64,000 nt of DNA from an archaeon (GTDB lineage Archaea > Thermoproteota > Nitrososphaeria > Nitrososphaerales > Gagatemarchaeaceae). Shown one piece after another: positions 17,439-26,496 of this stretch. A program made the translations under genes and the position numbers. The notes below the pieces were generated by a model. The model ran no database searches. It had not been told where the DNA came from and worked only from the letters and a program-made list of their open reading frames with translations. How positions within the stretch are numbered: position 1 is the stretch's first letter; each line of letters begins with the position of its first letter. The stretch covers positions 72,651 to 136,650 of the forward strand of contig JAKAOG010000002.1 of NCBI GenBank assembly GCA_021823325.1, in the 5' to 3' direction.

Positions 17439-19421
17439 GTGGAGATGGCTCGAAAGGCCCCGTCCACGACGACGCCCCGGAAGGCGCCCGGGTTTTCCGA
17501 GTCCTACATGGACAGGAGAGCGGACCCGCGGAACGACTTCTACCGATATGCGGCCGGCGGGTGGATGAGGACCCATCCACTCCCGCGCGACAAAGCCCGG
17601 TACGGCGCGTTCACCGAGCTGAACGAGTGGAACCTCATATCGCTGAGGAAGGTCGCAGAAAAGAGCGCGAAGGACGCGGTGATCGCCCGGGGAGGGACGG
17701 CCGCGCTCGTCGGGAAGTTCTATCGCTCCGCCCTCGACCGGCGCTCAAGGGAGAAAGCTGCGTTCGGGCCCGTCGACGACCTCTGGAGGGCCGCCGGGGC
17801 CGTCAGGGACGGCGACGACGTGGCGAGGGTGCTGAGGAAGCTCCACATGGAAGGGATAGGCGCAGGGTTCCAGGACTTCTCAAAGGTCGACGACAGGGAC
17901 AGCGGCGTCTACGCTTACTTCCTCTGGCAGGGAGGCCTCTCTCTCCCCGACAAGGACTACTATCTTTCTGGTTCCTTCAAGAAGACGAGAGAGCAGTTCC
18001 TGTCGCACGTAAGAGCGATGTTCGAGATGAAGGGGCTGAGCCCTCGGGAGGGGAAGGCGGCCGCGGCTTCGGTCCTTCGCGTCGAGACATCTCTCGCAAA
18101 AGCGAGCAGGTCGAGGACAGACCTCAGGGACCCGGTGAAGAACTACAACAGGGTCGAGGCGGCGGAGCTCGGCTCAAGATATCCGCGCGTCTCCCCACTG
18201 GGCTATCTCGACGACGCGGGCGTCTCGGCGAAGTACGCCGTGGTCGGCCAGCCGGAGTTCTTCGCTTCTCTCGAGGCTTCTCTGGGAGAAAAGGACGCCG
18301 ACGACTGGAGGTCATATCTGGAGTGGGCGGTCATCACCGACTCGGCCCCGTACCTCCACGCTGAAGCGGAAGACGAGAACTTCGACTTCTTTCAGAGAAA
18401 GCTGATGGGCCAGAAGGAGCCTGAGGCGGAGTGGAAGCGGGCGATCAAGGTCGTCGACAGGATGGTCGGCGAGGCGCTCGGGGAGCTGTACGTCGCCGAC
18501 TACTTCCCGGAGGAGGCGCGTAAGCGCGCTGCGGACCTCGTCCAGAACCTGAGCGAGGTGTTCGAAGGCAGGCTCAGGGCGCTGCCATGGATGACGGACT
18601 CGACGAAGGCGGAGGCCCTGCAGAAGTTCAAGCGGTTCAGGGTGAAGATAGGCCACCCCGTGAAGTTCAGGGACTACTCCAAGGTGCGCGTCGAGCGGGA
18701 AGACTACGCGGGGAACGTCAGACGCGCGGCCGCGTTCGAAGTCGCGAGGCAGGCGGCGAGGGTAGGCGCCCCCGTAGACAGGGACGAGTGGTTCATGACG
18801 CCCCCCACGGTGAACGCGTACTATTCGCCCGAGACTAACGAGATCGTCTTCCCCGCCGGGATACTGCAGCCTCCGTTCTTCGACCACAGGGCGGACGACG
18901 CGGTGAACTATGGCGGCATCGGAGCCGTGATAGGCCACGAGATAACACACGGGTACGACGACCAGGGGAGGCAGTACGACGCCATCGGAAACCTGAGGGA
19001 CTGGTGGACGAAGGAAGACGAGGCGGCGTTCAAGGAGAAGGCGGACGGCGTGGTGAAGGCTTACGGTTCCCAGGAGGTGCTCCCCGGGCTCAAGCTCAAC
19101 GGGAAGCTCACGCTCGGCGAGAACATCGCCGACCTCGGCGGGCTGAGCATCGCATACGAGGCGCTGACGCGCAGGCGCAAGAAAACGGGCGGGGCGAAGA
19201 TCGGAGGGCTCACCTCCGACGAGAGGTTCTTTGTGTCATGGGGGCAGGTCTGGCGCCAGACGATCTCCGACCAGGAGGCCAGGCGCCTCGCTACAATCGA
19301 CCCGCACTCTCCGGGGAAGATCAGGGCGGTCATCCCGGCGGTCAACCATCCGGCCTTCGACAGAGTGTTCCCTCCAGCCGGAGGAAGGGGCAGAAAGGGC
19401 CCTAAGATAGGCGTCTGGTAG
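17439..19421 (+). CDS. M13 family zinc metallopeptidase (PepO/neprilysin-like)
   Basis: VNAYY, HEITH and GENIAD motifs; no signal peptide. Confidence 0.96.
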   Translation: MEMARKAPSTTTPRKAPGFSESYMDRRADPRNDFYRYAAGGWMRTHPLPRDKARYGAFTELNEWNLISLRKVAEKSAKDAVIARGGTAALVGKFYRSALDRRSREKAAFGPVDDLWRAAGAVRDGDDVARVLRKLHMEGIGAGFQDFSKVDDRDSGVYAYFLWQGGLSLPDKDYYLSGSFKKTREQFLSHVRAMFEMKGLSPREGKAAAASVLRVETSLAKASRSRTDLRDPVKNYNRVEAAELGSRYPRVSPLGYLDDAGVSAKYAVVGQPEFFASLEASLGEKDADDWRSYLEWAVITDSAPYLHAEAEDENFDFFQRKLMGQKEPEAEWKRAIKVVDRMVGEALGELYVADYFPEEARKRAADLVQNLSEVFEGRLRALPWMTDSTKAEALQKFKRFRVKIGHPVKFRDYSKVRVEREDYAGNVRRAAAFEVARQAARVGAPVDRDEWFMTPPTVNAYYSPETNEIVFPAGILQPPFFDHRADDAVNYGGIGAVIGHEITHGYDDQGRQYDAIGNLRDWWTKEDEAAFKEKADGVVKAYGSQEVLPGLKLNGKLTLGENIADLGGLSIAYEALTRRRKKTGGAKIGGLTSDERFFVSWGQVWRQTISDQEARRLATIDPHSPGKIRAVIPAVNHPAFDRVFPPAGGRGRKGPKIGVW

Positions 19422-19422
19422 G

Positions 19423-20100
19423 CTAGCCCAGTTCCTTTCTGATCTTCTTCAGCACCGACACCAGCATCGGCTTCGTCAGCTTCCCAGTGTTCGTGTTCCT
19501 CGGGCTCGGGTGATAGCTCGCATATATCGTCAGGCCGTCCGGGAGCCTGTAAGAGGCCCCGTGGCCGAACTTCAGCCCCCTGACGCCACGGCCGTCCCTT
19601 TTCATGTGGTCCATGTACGACTTGAAGGCCGACGACCCCAGGGCCAGGATCCCTTTCAGGTTCGGGAGGAGCGACACCTCGGCGTCAAGGAACGCGCCGC
19701 AGTTGTGGAACTCGCTCGGCAGCGGCCTGTCTCCCGGCGGGACGCACTTCACGACCGCGGTCACGTAGCACCCGGAGTATTCCAGGCCGTCGTCTCGCGA
19801 CTCGGAGACCGGCCTGTTGGCGTATCCTGCCTCATAGAGCGCGGATACCAGGAACCTGCTCGACGCGTCTCCTGTGAAGATGCGGCCCGTCCTTTCTGCC
19901 CCCGTCCTCGCAGGCGCGAGCCCCAGGATGAGCAGGCTCCCCCCGAGGTCGCCGAACCCTGGGACGGGCTTCCTCCACCACTCCTGGTCTGCCAGAGAAG
20001 GGGGCGCCTTCACGTTCTCCCGGTAGTCTACCAGCCTGGGGCACTTCCGGCACCTCACTATCTCGGCCCTGAGGGAGTCGAAGCCCGGGTTGGACTTCAT
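19423..20100 (-). CDS. Uracil-DNA glycosylase family 5 (UdgB-like, Fe-S)
   Basis: CRKCPRL, GLAPA..G..RTGRIFTGD, VKCVPP and HPSPRNTNTG motifs. ATG 20100 overlaps the lysS stop. Confidence 0.92.
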   Translation of the reverse strand: MKSNPGFDSLRAEIVRCRKCPRLVDYRENVKAPPSLADQEWWRKPVPGFGDLGGSLLILGLAPARTGAERTGRIFTGDASSRFLVSALYEAGYANRPVSESRDDGLEYSGCYVTAVVKCVPPGDRPLPSEFHNCGAFLDAEVSLLPNLKGILALGSSAFKSYMDHMKRDGRGVRGLKFGHGASYRLPDGLTIYASYHPSPRNTNTGKLTKPMLVSVLKKIRKELG

Positions 20101-21692
20101 TTCCCGAGCGCGTCGAGGAGCCGCCTGCTCACTTCTGCCTTGCCTGCGTCCATGACGTAGGGGCCCAGCCTCGGGCCCCGGTCTGAGCCGAGGAGGATGG
20201 AGTACACCGCCGGGAAGAACTCCCCGGCCCTCAGGCCGTTCTTCTTGGCGGCGTCGAACGCAGCGTTCTGGACCGACTCGGGGTCGGGAGCGTTCTCTAT
20301 GGACAGCGCGAAATCTTTCACCGCGGCTCTTGCGGGCGGGGTGAGCTCGGGGACCTCGAACGAGCTCTTCCCCTCTCTTCTTTCCCACTTCCGCGCCCAG
20401 GCGATCCTCGTCGAGAGCTCGGGGCTAGGCGCCGACACCATGCCGTATGCCGAGAGCCTCTTGACCACGAAGTCGTCCACGGAGCCTTCAGGGGCGACCG
20501 CGGCCAGCTGGGAGAGCAGCCTGTAGGGTACGTGGACCCTCTTGGACTGGGGGGTCTTCAGGAACATCGAATACTCGTAGAGCCCCCTCTGCCTTGCGTC
20601 CTTCATCCTGTTGGCGTCCCTCTTCTTGGAGAAGTAGTACTCCTCCAGGTCGTCGAACTCGTCCATGTACGACGGCACGTCCTCGATGGAGACGTTCCTC
20701 GCGCCGACTATCCTCTTGTACATCAGCAGCCTGAGGCTCTCTGGTGAGGCGTACTCCATCCACTCGACCGGGGTGACGAGGTTCCCCACGGACTTCGACA
20801 TCTTCCTCCCTGACTTGTCCTGGAAGAGCTCGTACCTGGCGTGATAGGGGGACGGGAACCCCAGGACGCTCTCGGCCACCCAGTCGTTTATCTTGACGGA
20901 GTCGGTGAGCTCCTTGCCATACGCTTCGAACCTGATGTCGAACGCCGACCACCTGGCGGCGAACTCCACCTTCCACATCAGCTTGCCGTTCCCCTCGGTT
21001 ATCTTCACGTCCCCTTCGTAGCCGCACCCCTTCACGAGCTTCTCTCCCAGCTTGGTGCCTTCGCACACATAGTGGACCGCGTCCCTCTCCGGGTCGAACG
21101 ACTTCGCCTGCGTCACGTAGATCCGCTTGCAGTCGTGGCAGACCGCCGTGTAGGGGAGGGCCTCTTCGTACTTCGACTGCCCGACGAGCTCGTTGATCTT
21201 CTTCCCTATCTCCTGGGACCTGGACAGGATCTTCCGCATCTGGTCGTTCAACAGCCCCCTGGCGTATGCGTCTGCGCCGCTCTGGAAGCGGTACTCGACG
21301 CCCACCCTGTCAAGGGACTCGCGCAGAAGCGACCCGACGTGCTCGGCGTAAGAGCCGTGGCAGCCGAACGGGTCAGGTATCCTGGAGACAGGGTGCGAGA
21401 TGTAGTCCTTCAGCCACGCGGGGAACCCCGCGGGGACCTTGCGCAGCCCGTCGAAGTCGTCAGAATACGCTATGAGCTCGGACTTGTAGCCGAGGGTCTC
21501 CAGCGCGAGCTTGACCCCGTAGCTTCTGATGGCGTCCCCGACGCTGCCGATGTGAGGGAGCCCCGAAGCCCCCAGCCCGCTTTCAACCCGGACAAGGGAA
21601 AGGCTCCGCCCGAGCCGCTTCTCCCTGTCGAGCGTCTCCTGGGCGACCTTGTCGAGCCACGTGCCTCGTCCTATGATGTTAGCCTGCTCCAA
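20097..21692 (-). CDS. lysS: Lysyl-tRNA synthetase, class I
   Basis: SGLPHIG (HIGH-like), KMSKS and GPRLG motifs. Confidence 0.97.
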   Translation of the reverse strand: MEQANIIGRGTWLDKVAQETLDREKRLGRSLSLVRVESGLGASGLPHIGSVGDAIRSYGVKLALETLGYKSELIAYSDDFDGLRKVPAGFPAWLKDYISHPVSRIPDPFGCHGSYAEHVGSLLRESLDRVGVEYRFQSGADAYARGLLNDQMRKILSRSQEIGKKINELVGQSKYEEALPYTAVCHDCKRIYVTQAKSFDPERDAVHYVCEGTKLGEKLVKGCGYEGDVKITEGNGKLMWKVEFAARWSAFDIRFEAYGKELTDSVKINDWVAESVLGFPSPYHARYELFQDKSGRKMSKSVGNLVTPVEWMEYASPESLRLLMYKRIVGARNVSIEDVPSYMDEFDDLEEYYFSKKRDANRMKDARQRGLYEYSMFLKTPQSKRVHVPYRLLSQLAAVAPEGSVDDFVVKRLSAYGMVSAPSPELSTRIAWARKWERREGKSSFEVPELTPPARAAVKDFALSIENAPDPESVQNAAFDAAKKNGLRAGEFFPAVYSILLGSDRGPRLGPYVMDAGKAEVSRRLLDALGK

Positions 21693-21734
21693 ACCTGCCG
21701 ACGGGCCGGCACCGCGGCGTAATTATCCTTGGCC

Positions 21735-23954
21735 CTATCTGTAGTAGGGGACGGGAACCTTCTCCATCGGCTTCCCTTCCCTCGACTGGCGGACCTTCTT
21801 TATCGCGTCGGCGAAGTGCTCCATCCCGACGATCGCCTCGTCGACGTGCTTCTTGGCGTCGTCAGGCTTCGGGTACTTCGATATGAAGCCCTGCAGGACG
21901 ATGGACACCGCCGTGTTGGTCAGCGACGCCATGTCGGCCCCGCTAAACCCTTCGGTCATCTCCACCACCCTGTCAAGGTCCACGTCCTTCGCTATCGGGA
22001 CCCCCTTCGTGTGTATCTTCAGTATGTCCTTCCTCGCAGGCTTGTCAGGCAGCGGGATCTGGATGAGCTTGTCGAACCTCCCCGCCCTCAGCAGGGCCGG
22101 GTCGACGATGTCTATCCTGTTGGTCGCGGCGAGGACGACGACCCCCTGGAGGCTCTGGACCCCGTCCAGCTCCGTGAGCAGCTGGCTGACGACCCTTTCG
22201 GTCACCATGCTGTCCCCTCCCATGCCCCTCGTCGGTGCGAGCGCGTCGACCTCGTCGAAGAATATCACGCACGGCGAAGCCTGTCTTGCGCGCCTGAAGA
22301 CCTCCCGTATGCCGCGCTCGGACTCGCCCACCCACTTGCTCAGCAGCTCCGGTCCCCTGACGCTGATGAAGTTCGCTTCGCTCTCCGTCGCCACCGACTT
22401 CGCCAGCAGGGTCTTCCCCGTCCCCGAGGGCCCGTAGAGCATTATCCCCTTCGGCATGCTGTACCCGATCTTGTCGTAGAGGTCGGGGTACTTCAGCGGC
22501 CACTCGACCGCCTCCTGGAGCTCCTTCTTGACCCCCTCCAGCCCGCCTATGTCCGTCCACTTCACGTCCGGGGTCTCGAGGTAGACCTCGCGCATCGCAG
22601 AGGGCATCACGTCCTTCAGCGCGCCTTCGAAGTCCTCCATGGTCACGATGAGCTTGTCGAGCGTCTCCGGGCTCAGCCTGTCCTCTTCCAGCTTGATGTC
22701 CGGGAGGTTCCTCCTGAGGGTCTTCATGGCTGCCTCCTTGCACAGATACTCGAGGTCCGCGCCTACGAAGCCGTGCGTCACTGCCGCGAGCTTCTCCAGG
22801 TCCACTATCTTGTCGGCGGCCCCGTGCTTGTCGTCGTTCTGGGCCAGCGGCATGTGCCTCGTGTGGATCTGCAGTATCTCGAGCCTTCCCCTCTTGTCCG
22901 GCACTTTGATCTCTATCTCCCTGTCGAACCTCCCTGGCCTTCTGAGTGCCGGGTCGATGGCGTTCGGACGGTTGGTCGCCGCGATGACTATGACCTTCCC
23001 CCTCGCTTCCAGCCCGTCCATCAGAGACAGCAGCTGGCTGACGACCCTCCTCTCCACCTCCCCCGTCACTTCCTCTCTCTTGGGGGCGATCGAGTCGATC
23101 TCGTCGATGAATATGATGGTAGGCGCCTTCTCCTTCGCCTCCTTGAATATCTCGCGGAGCCTCGCTTCAGACTCCCCGTAGAACTTGCTCATGATCTCCG
23201 GCCCGCTTATCGGGATGAAGTGAGCGTTGCTCTCTGTTGCTACAGCTTTCGCGAGCAGCGTCTTTCCGGTCCCTGGCGGCCCGTAGAGCAGGATTCCCTT
23301 CGGCGCTTCGACGCCGAGCTTCTCGAATATCTCCGGGTGCCTCAGCGGGAGCTCGATCATCTCCCTCACCTTCTGGATCTCGTCCTTCAGCCCCCCGATG
23401 TCCTCGTAGGTGACCTGCGGGACGCCGCGCAGCGCTTCGCCCTTTTCGGAGATGACGAACACGGTCCGCTGGGTGATCAGGGCCGCGTCAGCGACCGGGC
23501 TTACCCCCACGACCTGGAATGTGAGCCTGCCGCCGAAGTATGGGATCATGATGTTGTCCCCCTTCGTCACCGGGACGCTCTCCAAGGCGTCGGCAAGATA
23601 CCTCTCGTCTATCGGCGGGACCGCCTCGAGCGGGGCGACCACGACCTTCTCTGCCGGCGGCGCCTTCACCTTCTTTACGACGACGACGTCCCCGATAGCG
23701 ACCCCGGCGTTGTTTCTGATCAGCCCGTCAATCCTGACTATCCCTCTGCCTTCGTCAGACGGATAGAGCGGGAGGCACTTCGCGACCGTCCTCCTCTTCC
23801 CTTTGATCTCTATTACATCGCCCGTAGACGCGTCGAGCGCGTCCATCGCGTCGTAGTCTATCCTGGCGACGCCTCTTCCGACGTCGCGGGTGTATGCTTC
23901 AAGGACCTTCAGCTGGACCTGCTGCTGGCTCACTCCGTCTCCACTCTCAGACAA
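21735..23954 (-). CDS. cdc48: CDC48/VAT AAA+ ATPase
   Basis: N domain plus two AAA modules ([16 protein letters not shown]); C-terminal YYR. Confidence 0.97.
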   Translation of the reverse strand: MSESGDGVSQQQVQLKVLEAYTRDVGRGVARIDYDAMDALDASTGDVIEIKGKRRTVAKCLPLYPSDEGRGIVRIDGLIRNNAGVAIGDVVVVKKVKAPPAEKVVVAPLEAVPPIDERYLADALESVPVTKGDNIMIPYFGGRLTFQVVGVSPVADAALITQRTVFVISEKGEALRGVPQVTYEDIGGLKDEIQKVREMIELPLRHPEIFEKLGVEAPKGILLYGPPGTGKTLLAKAVATESNAHFIPISGPEIMSKFYGESEARLREIFKEAKEKAPTIIFIDEIDSIAPKREEVTGEVERRVVSQLLSLMDGLEARGKVIVIAATNRPNAIDPALRRPGRFDREIEIKVPDKRGRLEILQIHTRHMPLAQNDDKHGAADKIVDLEKLAAVTHGFVGADLEYLCKEAAMKTLRRNLPDIKLEEDRLSPETLDKLIVTMEDFEGALKDVMPSAMREVYLETPDVKWTDIGGLEGVKKELQEAVEWPLKYPDLYDKIGYSMPKGIMLYGPSGTGKTLLAKSVATESEANFISVRGPELLSKWVGESERGIREVFRRARQASPCVIFFDEVDALAPTRGMGGDSMVTERVVSQLLTELDGVQSLQGVVVLAATNRIDIVDPALLRAGRFDKLIQIPLPDKPARKDILKIHTKGVPIAKDVDLDRVVEMTEGFSGADMASLTNTAVSIVLQGFISKYPKPDDAKKHVDEAIVGMEHFADAIKKVRQSREGKPMEKVPVPYYR

Positions 23955-24474
23955 CGTTTACCCTCTTGAAGCCCTTATTAGGCTTGTCTTTCAATGAGAA
24001 CGAAATTTCCAACATCCCGTTCCTGTATTCCGCTTTTCCTGACTCGGGCCTGACCGGGACCTTCAACGAAAGTTCGGCGCGATAGTTCTTTTCTCCCCTC
24101 TGCGCGGTGACGACGGCGCTGTCTTCCGTCGCGTCCACCTTGATGTCTTCCTTGTCCACGCCAGGCATCTCCAGGATCACCCTGAGCAGACCGTTCTTTT
24201 CGTCGACGACCTGCTCGTTGATGGGGGACCTGAACCCGTCCCTGCGGACCGGGTTGTTCCCGAACACCTGCACCGACGGCTTGCCTTCGGGCCCCATGTT
24301 GAAGGTGAACCCCGCGATGAACGGCTTGCTCTCGCCTTCCTTCCCGAATATCGCGCTCTTGACCGTCTCTTCGATGTCCTTCTCGAAGTCTTCGAAGTAC
24401 CTGTCGAGCTCGTCCAGCATGTCTCTCAGGTCCTTCCTCCTGTCGTTTCTGTCTCCGCTTTCGATTCCGCTCAT
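23947..24474 (-). CDS. hsp20: Small heat shock protein Hsp20
   Basis: EMPGVDKEDI and AEYRNGMLEI alpha-crystallin motifs; overlaps the cdc48 start. Confidence 0.93.
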   Translation of the reverse strand: MSGIESGDRNDRRKDLRDMLDELDRYFEDFEKDIEETVKSAIFGKEGESKPFIAGFTFNMGPEGKPSVQVFGNNPVRRDGFRSPINEQVVDEKNGLLRVILEMPGVDKEDIKVDATEDSAVVTAQRGEKNYRAELSLKVPVRPESGKAEYRNGMLEISFSLKDKPNKGFKRVNVV

Positions 24475-24536
24475 GTTAGTTCACTATGCGTTAATTATCC
24501 CCATGTTTATTAAGTTACCCCCCTCACTGCCAGACC

Positions 24537-25136
24537 GTGGCGACCGACCTTCTGGAAGAGGTGCTCTCTTCGAGGGCGAGGCTCAGGATCATGGACGCCG
24601 TTTCCACCAGGCCCCGGACCCTTGGGGAGCTCTCCGACCTGGCGGGGATATCGGTCCAGGGGGTCCTCAGGCATCTGAACAGGCTTCAGGAGGTGGGGCT
24701 GGTGGAGGAGCGGAGCCTGTCCAGGGCTTCTCCGAAGGCGAGGAAGGTCTATGCGGCGAAGTCGGCGCGGGTGAGAGACGCGTCCAGCGGCGGTTTCACG
24801 GTCGTGAGAGCCACCGAGCTCCCCCCCGGAGACGCTGGGAGGAGCCGGGTCAGGGACCTGGAGAAGGCCGCGGGGGACCTGCTCGTTCAGCGGAGGAGGG
24901 TCAGGGAGGGGGTCAGGAAGCTTGCGAGGATGATCGACGAAGAGTCTGACCAGCAGGACGACCTGGAGTCCTCGATCGAAGGGCTGAAGCTCTCCCCCAC
25001 CGAGCGCCTTATCCTCAGGGTCGTCCTGACTGAGGACACGGTCGACGACGGGGAGAGGGCGCTGACGAAGTACTACGGGCTCGGAGACAGAAGGTCTATA
25101 GAGAGTCTGCTCAAGAAGGCGAGGCGAATTGCCTGA
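24537..25136 (+). CDS. ArsR-like winged-helix regulator with coiled-coil C-terminus
   Basis: SSRARLRIM...TLGELSDLAGISVQGVLRHLNRL. Confidence 0.8.
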   Translation: MATDLLEEVLSSRARLRIMDAVSTRPRTLGELSDLAGISVQGVLRHLNRLQEVGLVEERSLSRASPKARKVYAAKSARVRDASSGGFTVVRATELPPGDAGRSRVRDLEKAAGDLLVQRRRVREGVRKLARMIDEESDQQDDLESSIEGLKLSPTERLILRVVLTEDTVDDGERALTKYYGLGDRRSIESLLKKARRIA

Positions 25137-25965
25137 AACAAGAAAGCTCGTGATGGTGACGAACGACGACAGCGTCCAGAGCAACGGGATAATCGAGCTC
25201 GCCAGGGCGGCGGCGAAGTATGCGGAAACGGTCATCGTGGCGCCGGAAGCGCCTCAGAGCGCGACGGCCATGAGCCTCACGTTCCACAAGCCCCTGCGGG
25301 TCAACAGGGTGAGGAAGGAGAAGTTCGAGTGCTACGCCGTCTCCGGGTCTCCCGCGGACTGCGTCATGGTCGGGATCAACAAGGTCCTCGGCAGGAGGCC
25401 CGACCTGGTCGTCTCCGGGATAAACATCGGGGACAACAACACGTTCCAGGACATACTCGCGTCCGGCACCGTGGCGGCCGCGCTCGAGTCTGCCATCTCC
25501 GGGATCCCCGCGATCGCCTTCTCCATGGAGGTCAGCGGGGAGAGCATGTTCGCCCTCGAGTATGACCAGCCTGACTTCTCCAACGCAGCGGTCATCGCGG
25601 GCGAGATAATCCGCGACGTCCTGGAGCACGGGATGCCCGAAGGAGCGGAGATACTGAACGTGAACTTCCCGCGGAAGGTCCAGCCGTCGACCCCCATCAA
25701 GCTCACCGACGTCGCGCGGAGGAAGTACACCGACAAGGTGATGGTCAGGAGAGACCCCAGAGGGCGCCCCTACTACTGGCTCTTCGGAGAGAGGCTCACC
25801 GTCTTCCCTGAAAGGTCCGACGCCGAGGCGGTGGTGATAAAGAAGGAGGTCTCCATCACGCCCATCGTGCTGCGGATCTCGGGGCCCATGTCGAAGGAAC
25901 TGTCGATGCTCAGGGAGAGGGTGGAACAGAGGCTGAGGAAGCCCCGGAGCCGGAGGAACCGCTAG
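25129..25965 (+). CDS. surE: 5'/3'-nucleotidase SurE
   Basis: VTNDD, GSPADCV, SGINIG, SGTVAAA and NVNFP motifs. Confidence 0.96.
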   Translation: MPETRKLVMVTNDDSVQSNGIIELARAAAKYAETVIVAPEAPQSATAMSLTFHKPLRVNRVRKEKFECYAVSGSPADCVMVGINKVLGRRPDLVVSGINIGDNNTFQDILASGTVAAALESAISGIPAIAFSMEVSGESMFALEYDQPDFSNAAVIAGEIIRDVLEHGMPEGAEILNVNFPRKVQPSTPIKLTDVARRKYTDKVMVRRDPRGRPYYWLFGERLTVFPERSDAEAVVIKKEVSITPIVLRISGPMSKELSMLRERVEQRLRKPRSRRNR

Positions 25966-25969
25966 AGGC

Positions 25970-26494
25970 ATGAAGTCGGTGCACCAGCTCCGCAGCGGAG
26001 ATGTTTCAGACTGGAGGTCTGTCGAGGCGGGCATGCGCGTCGTCCACCTCGACGGGAAGCTGCAGGTCATGGTGCCGATCCTGGCGCTGACGTCCTTCTC
26101 CAAGAGCACCAGGGGGCTGTCGCTCTATCCAGGGAGGGTCGGGTCGGCCATCGGGGTGGCACTGCTCGGCGCCGGCGCCGCGGTGGGGTACGGGCTCTTT
26201 TCCGTCGTGGGGGCGGTCGTCGCGGTCATCGCCGCGTGGCTGCTCGGCTCCGCCGGGGCGGCGATCCTGTATTCGTCCCTGAGGCCGACGGCGTTCGTCA
26301 AGCCGATATGCGTAAGCTGCAGGCTGCTTTCGGTGATCAAGGAGCACGAGGCGATCCACCTGTCGGGGGTCGCAAGCGAGAAGGCGGTCTGGGACTCCAT
26401 GAAATCGAGGCACAGCGTGGAGAGCCTGAAGCTCGAAGGAGACCCCGCTATCTGCACGTTCTGCCCCATACCGAAGAGACTCGCTGAACACTGA
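25970..26494 (+). CDS. Hypothetical membrane protein with two CxxC motifs
   Basis: Two TM helices followed by CVSC and CTFC; in-operon position. Confidence 0.65.
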   Translation: MKSVHQLRSGDVSDWRSVEAGMRVVHLDGKLQVMVPILALTSFSKSTRGLSLYPGRVGSAIGVALLGAGAAVGYGLFSVVGAVVAVIAAWLLGSAGAAILYSSLRPTAFVKPICVSCRLLSVIKEHEAIHLSGVASEKAVWDSMKSRHSVESLKLEGDPAICTFCPIPKRLAEH

Positions 26495-26496
26495 GC

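Noticed and set aside
21729..23969. 746-aa plus-strand ORF, and many similar long shadow ORFs (e.g. 2486-3550, 5828-6838, 28700-29785, 52795-54048)
   Set aside because: They are antisense or off-frame shadows of clear genes such as cdc48. Long stop-free frames are expected at this GC content, and they carry no motifs.
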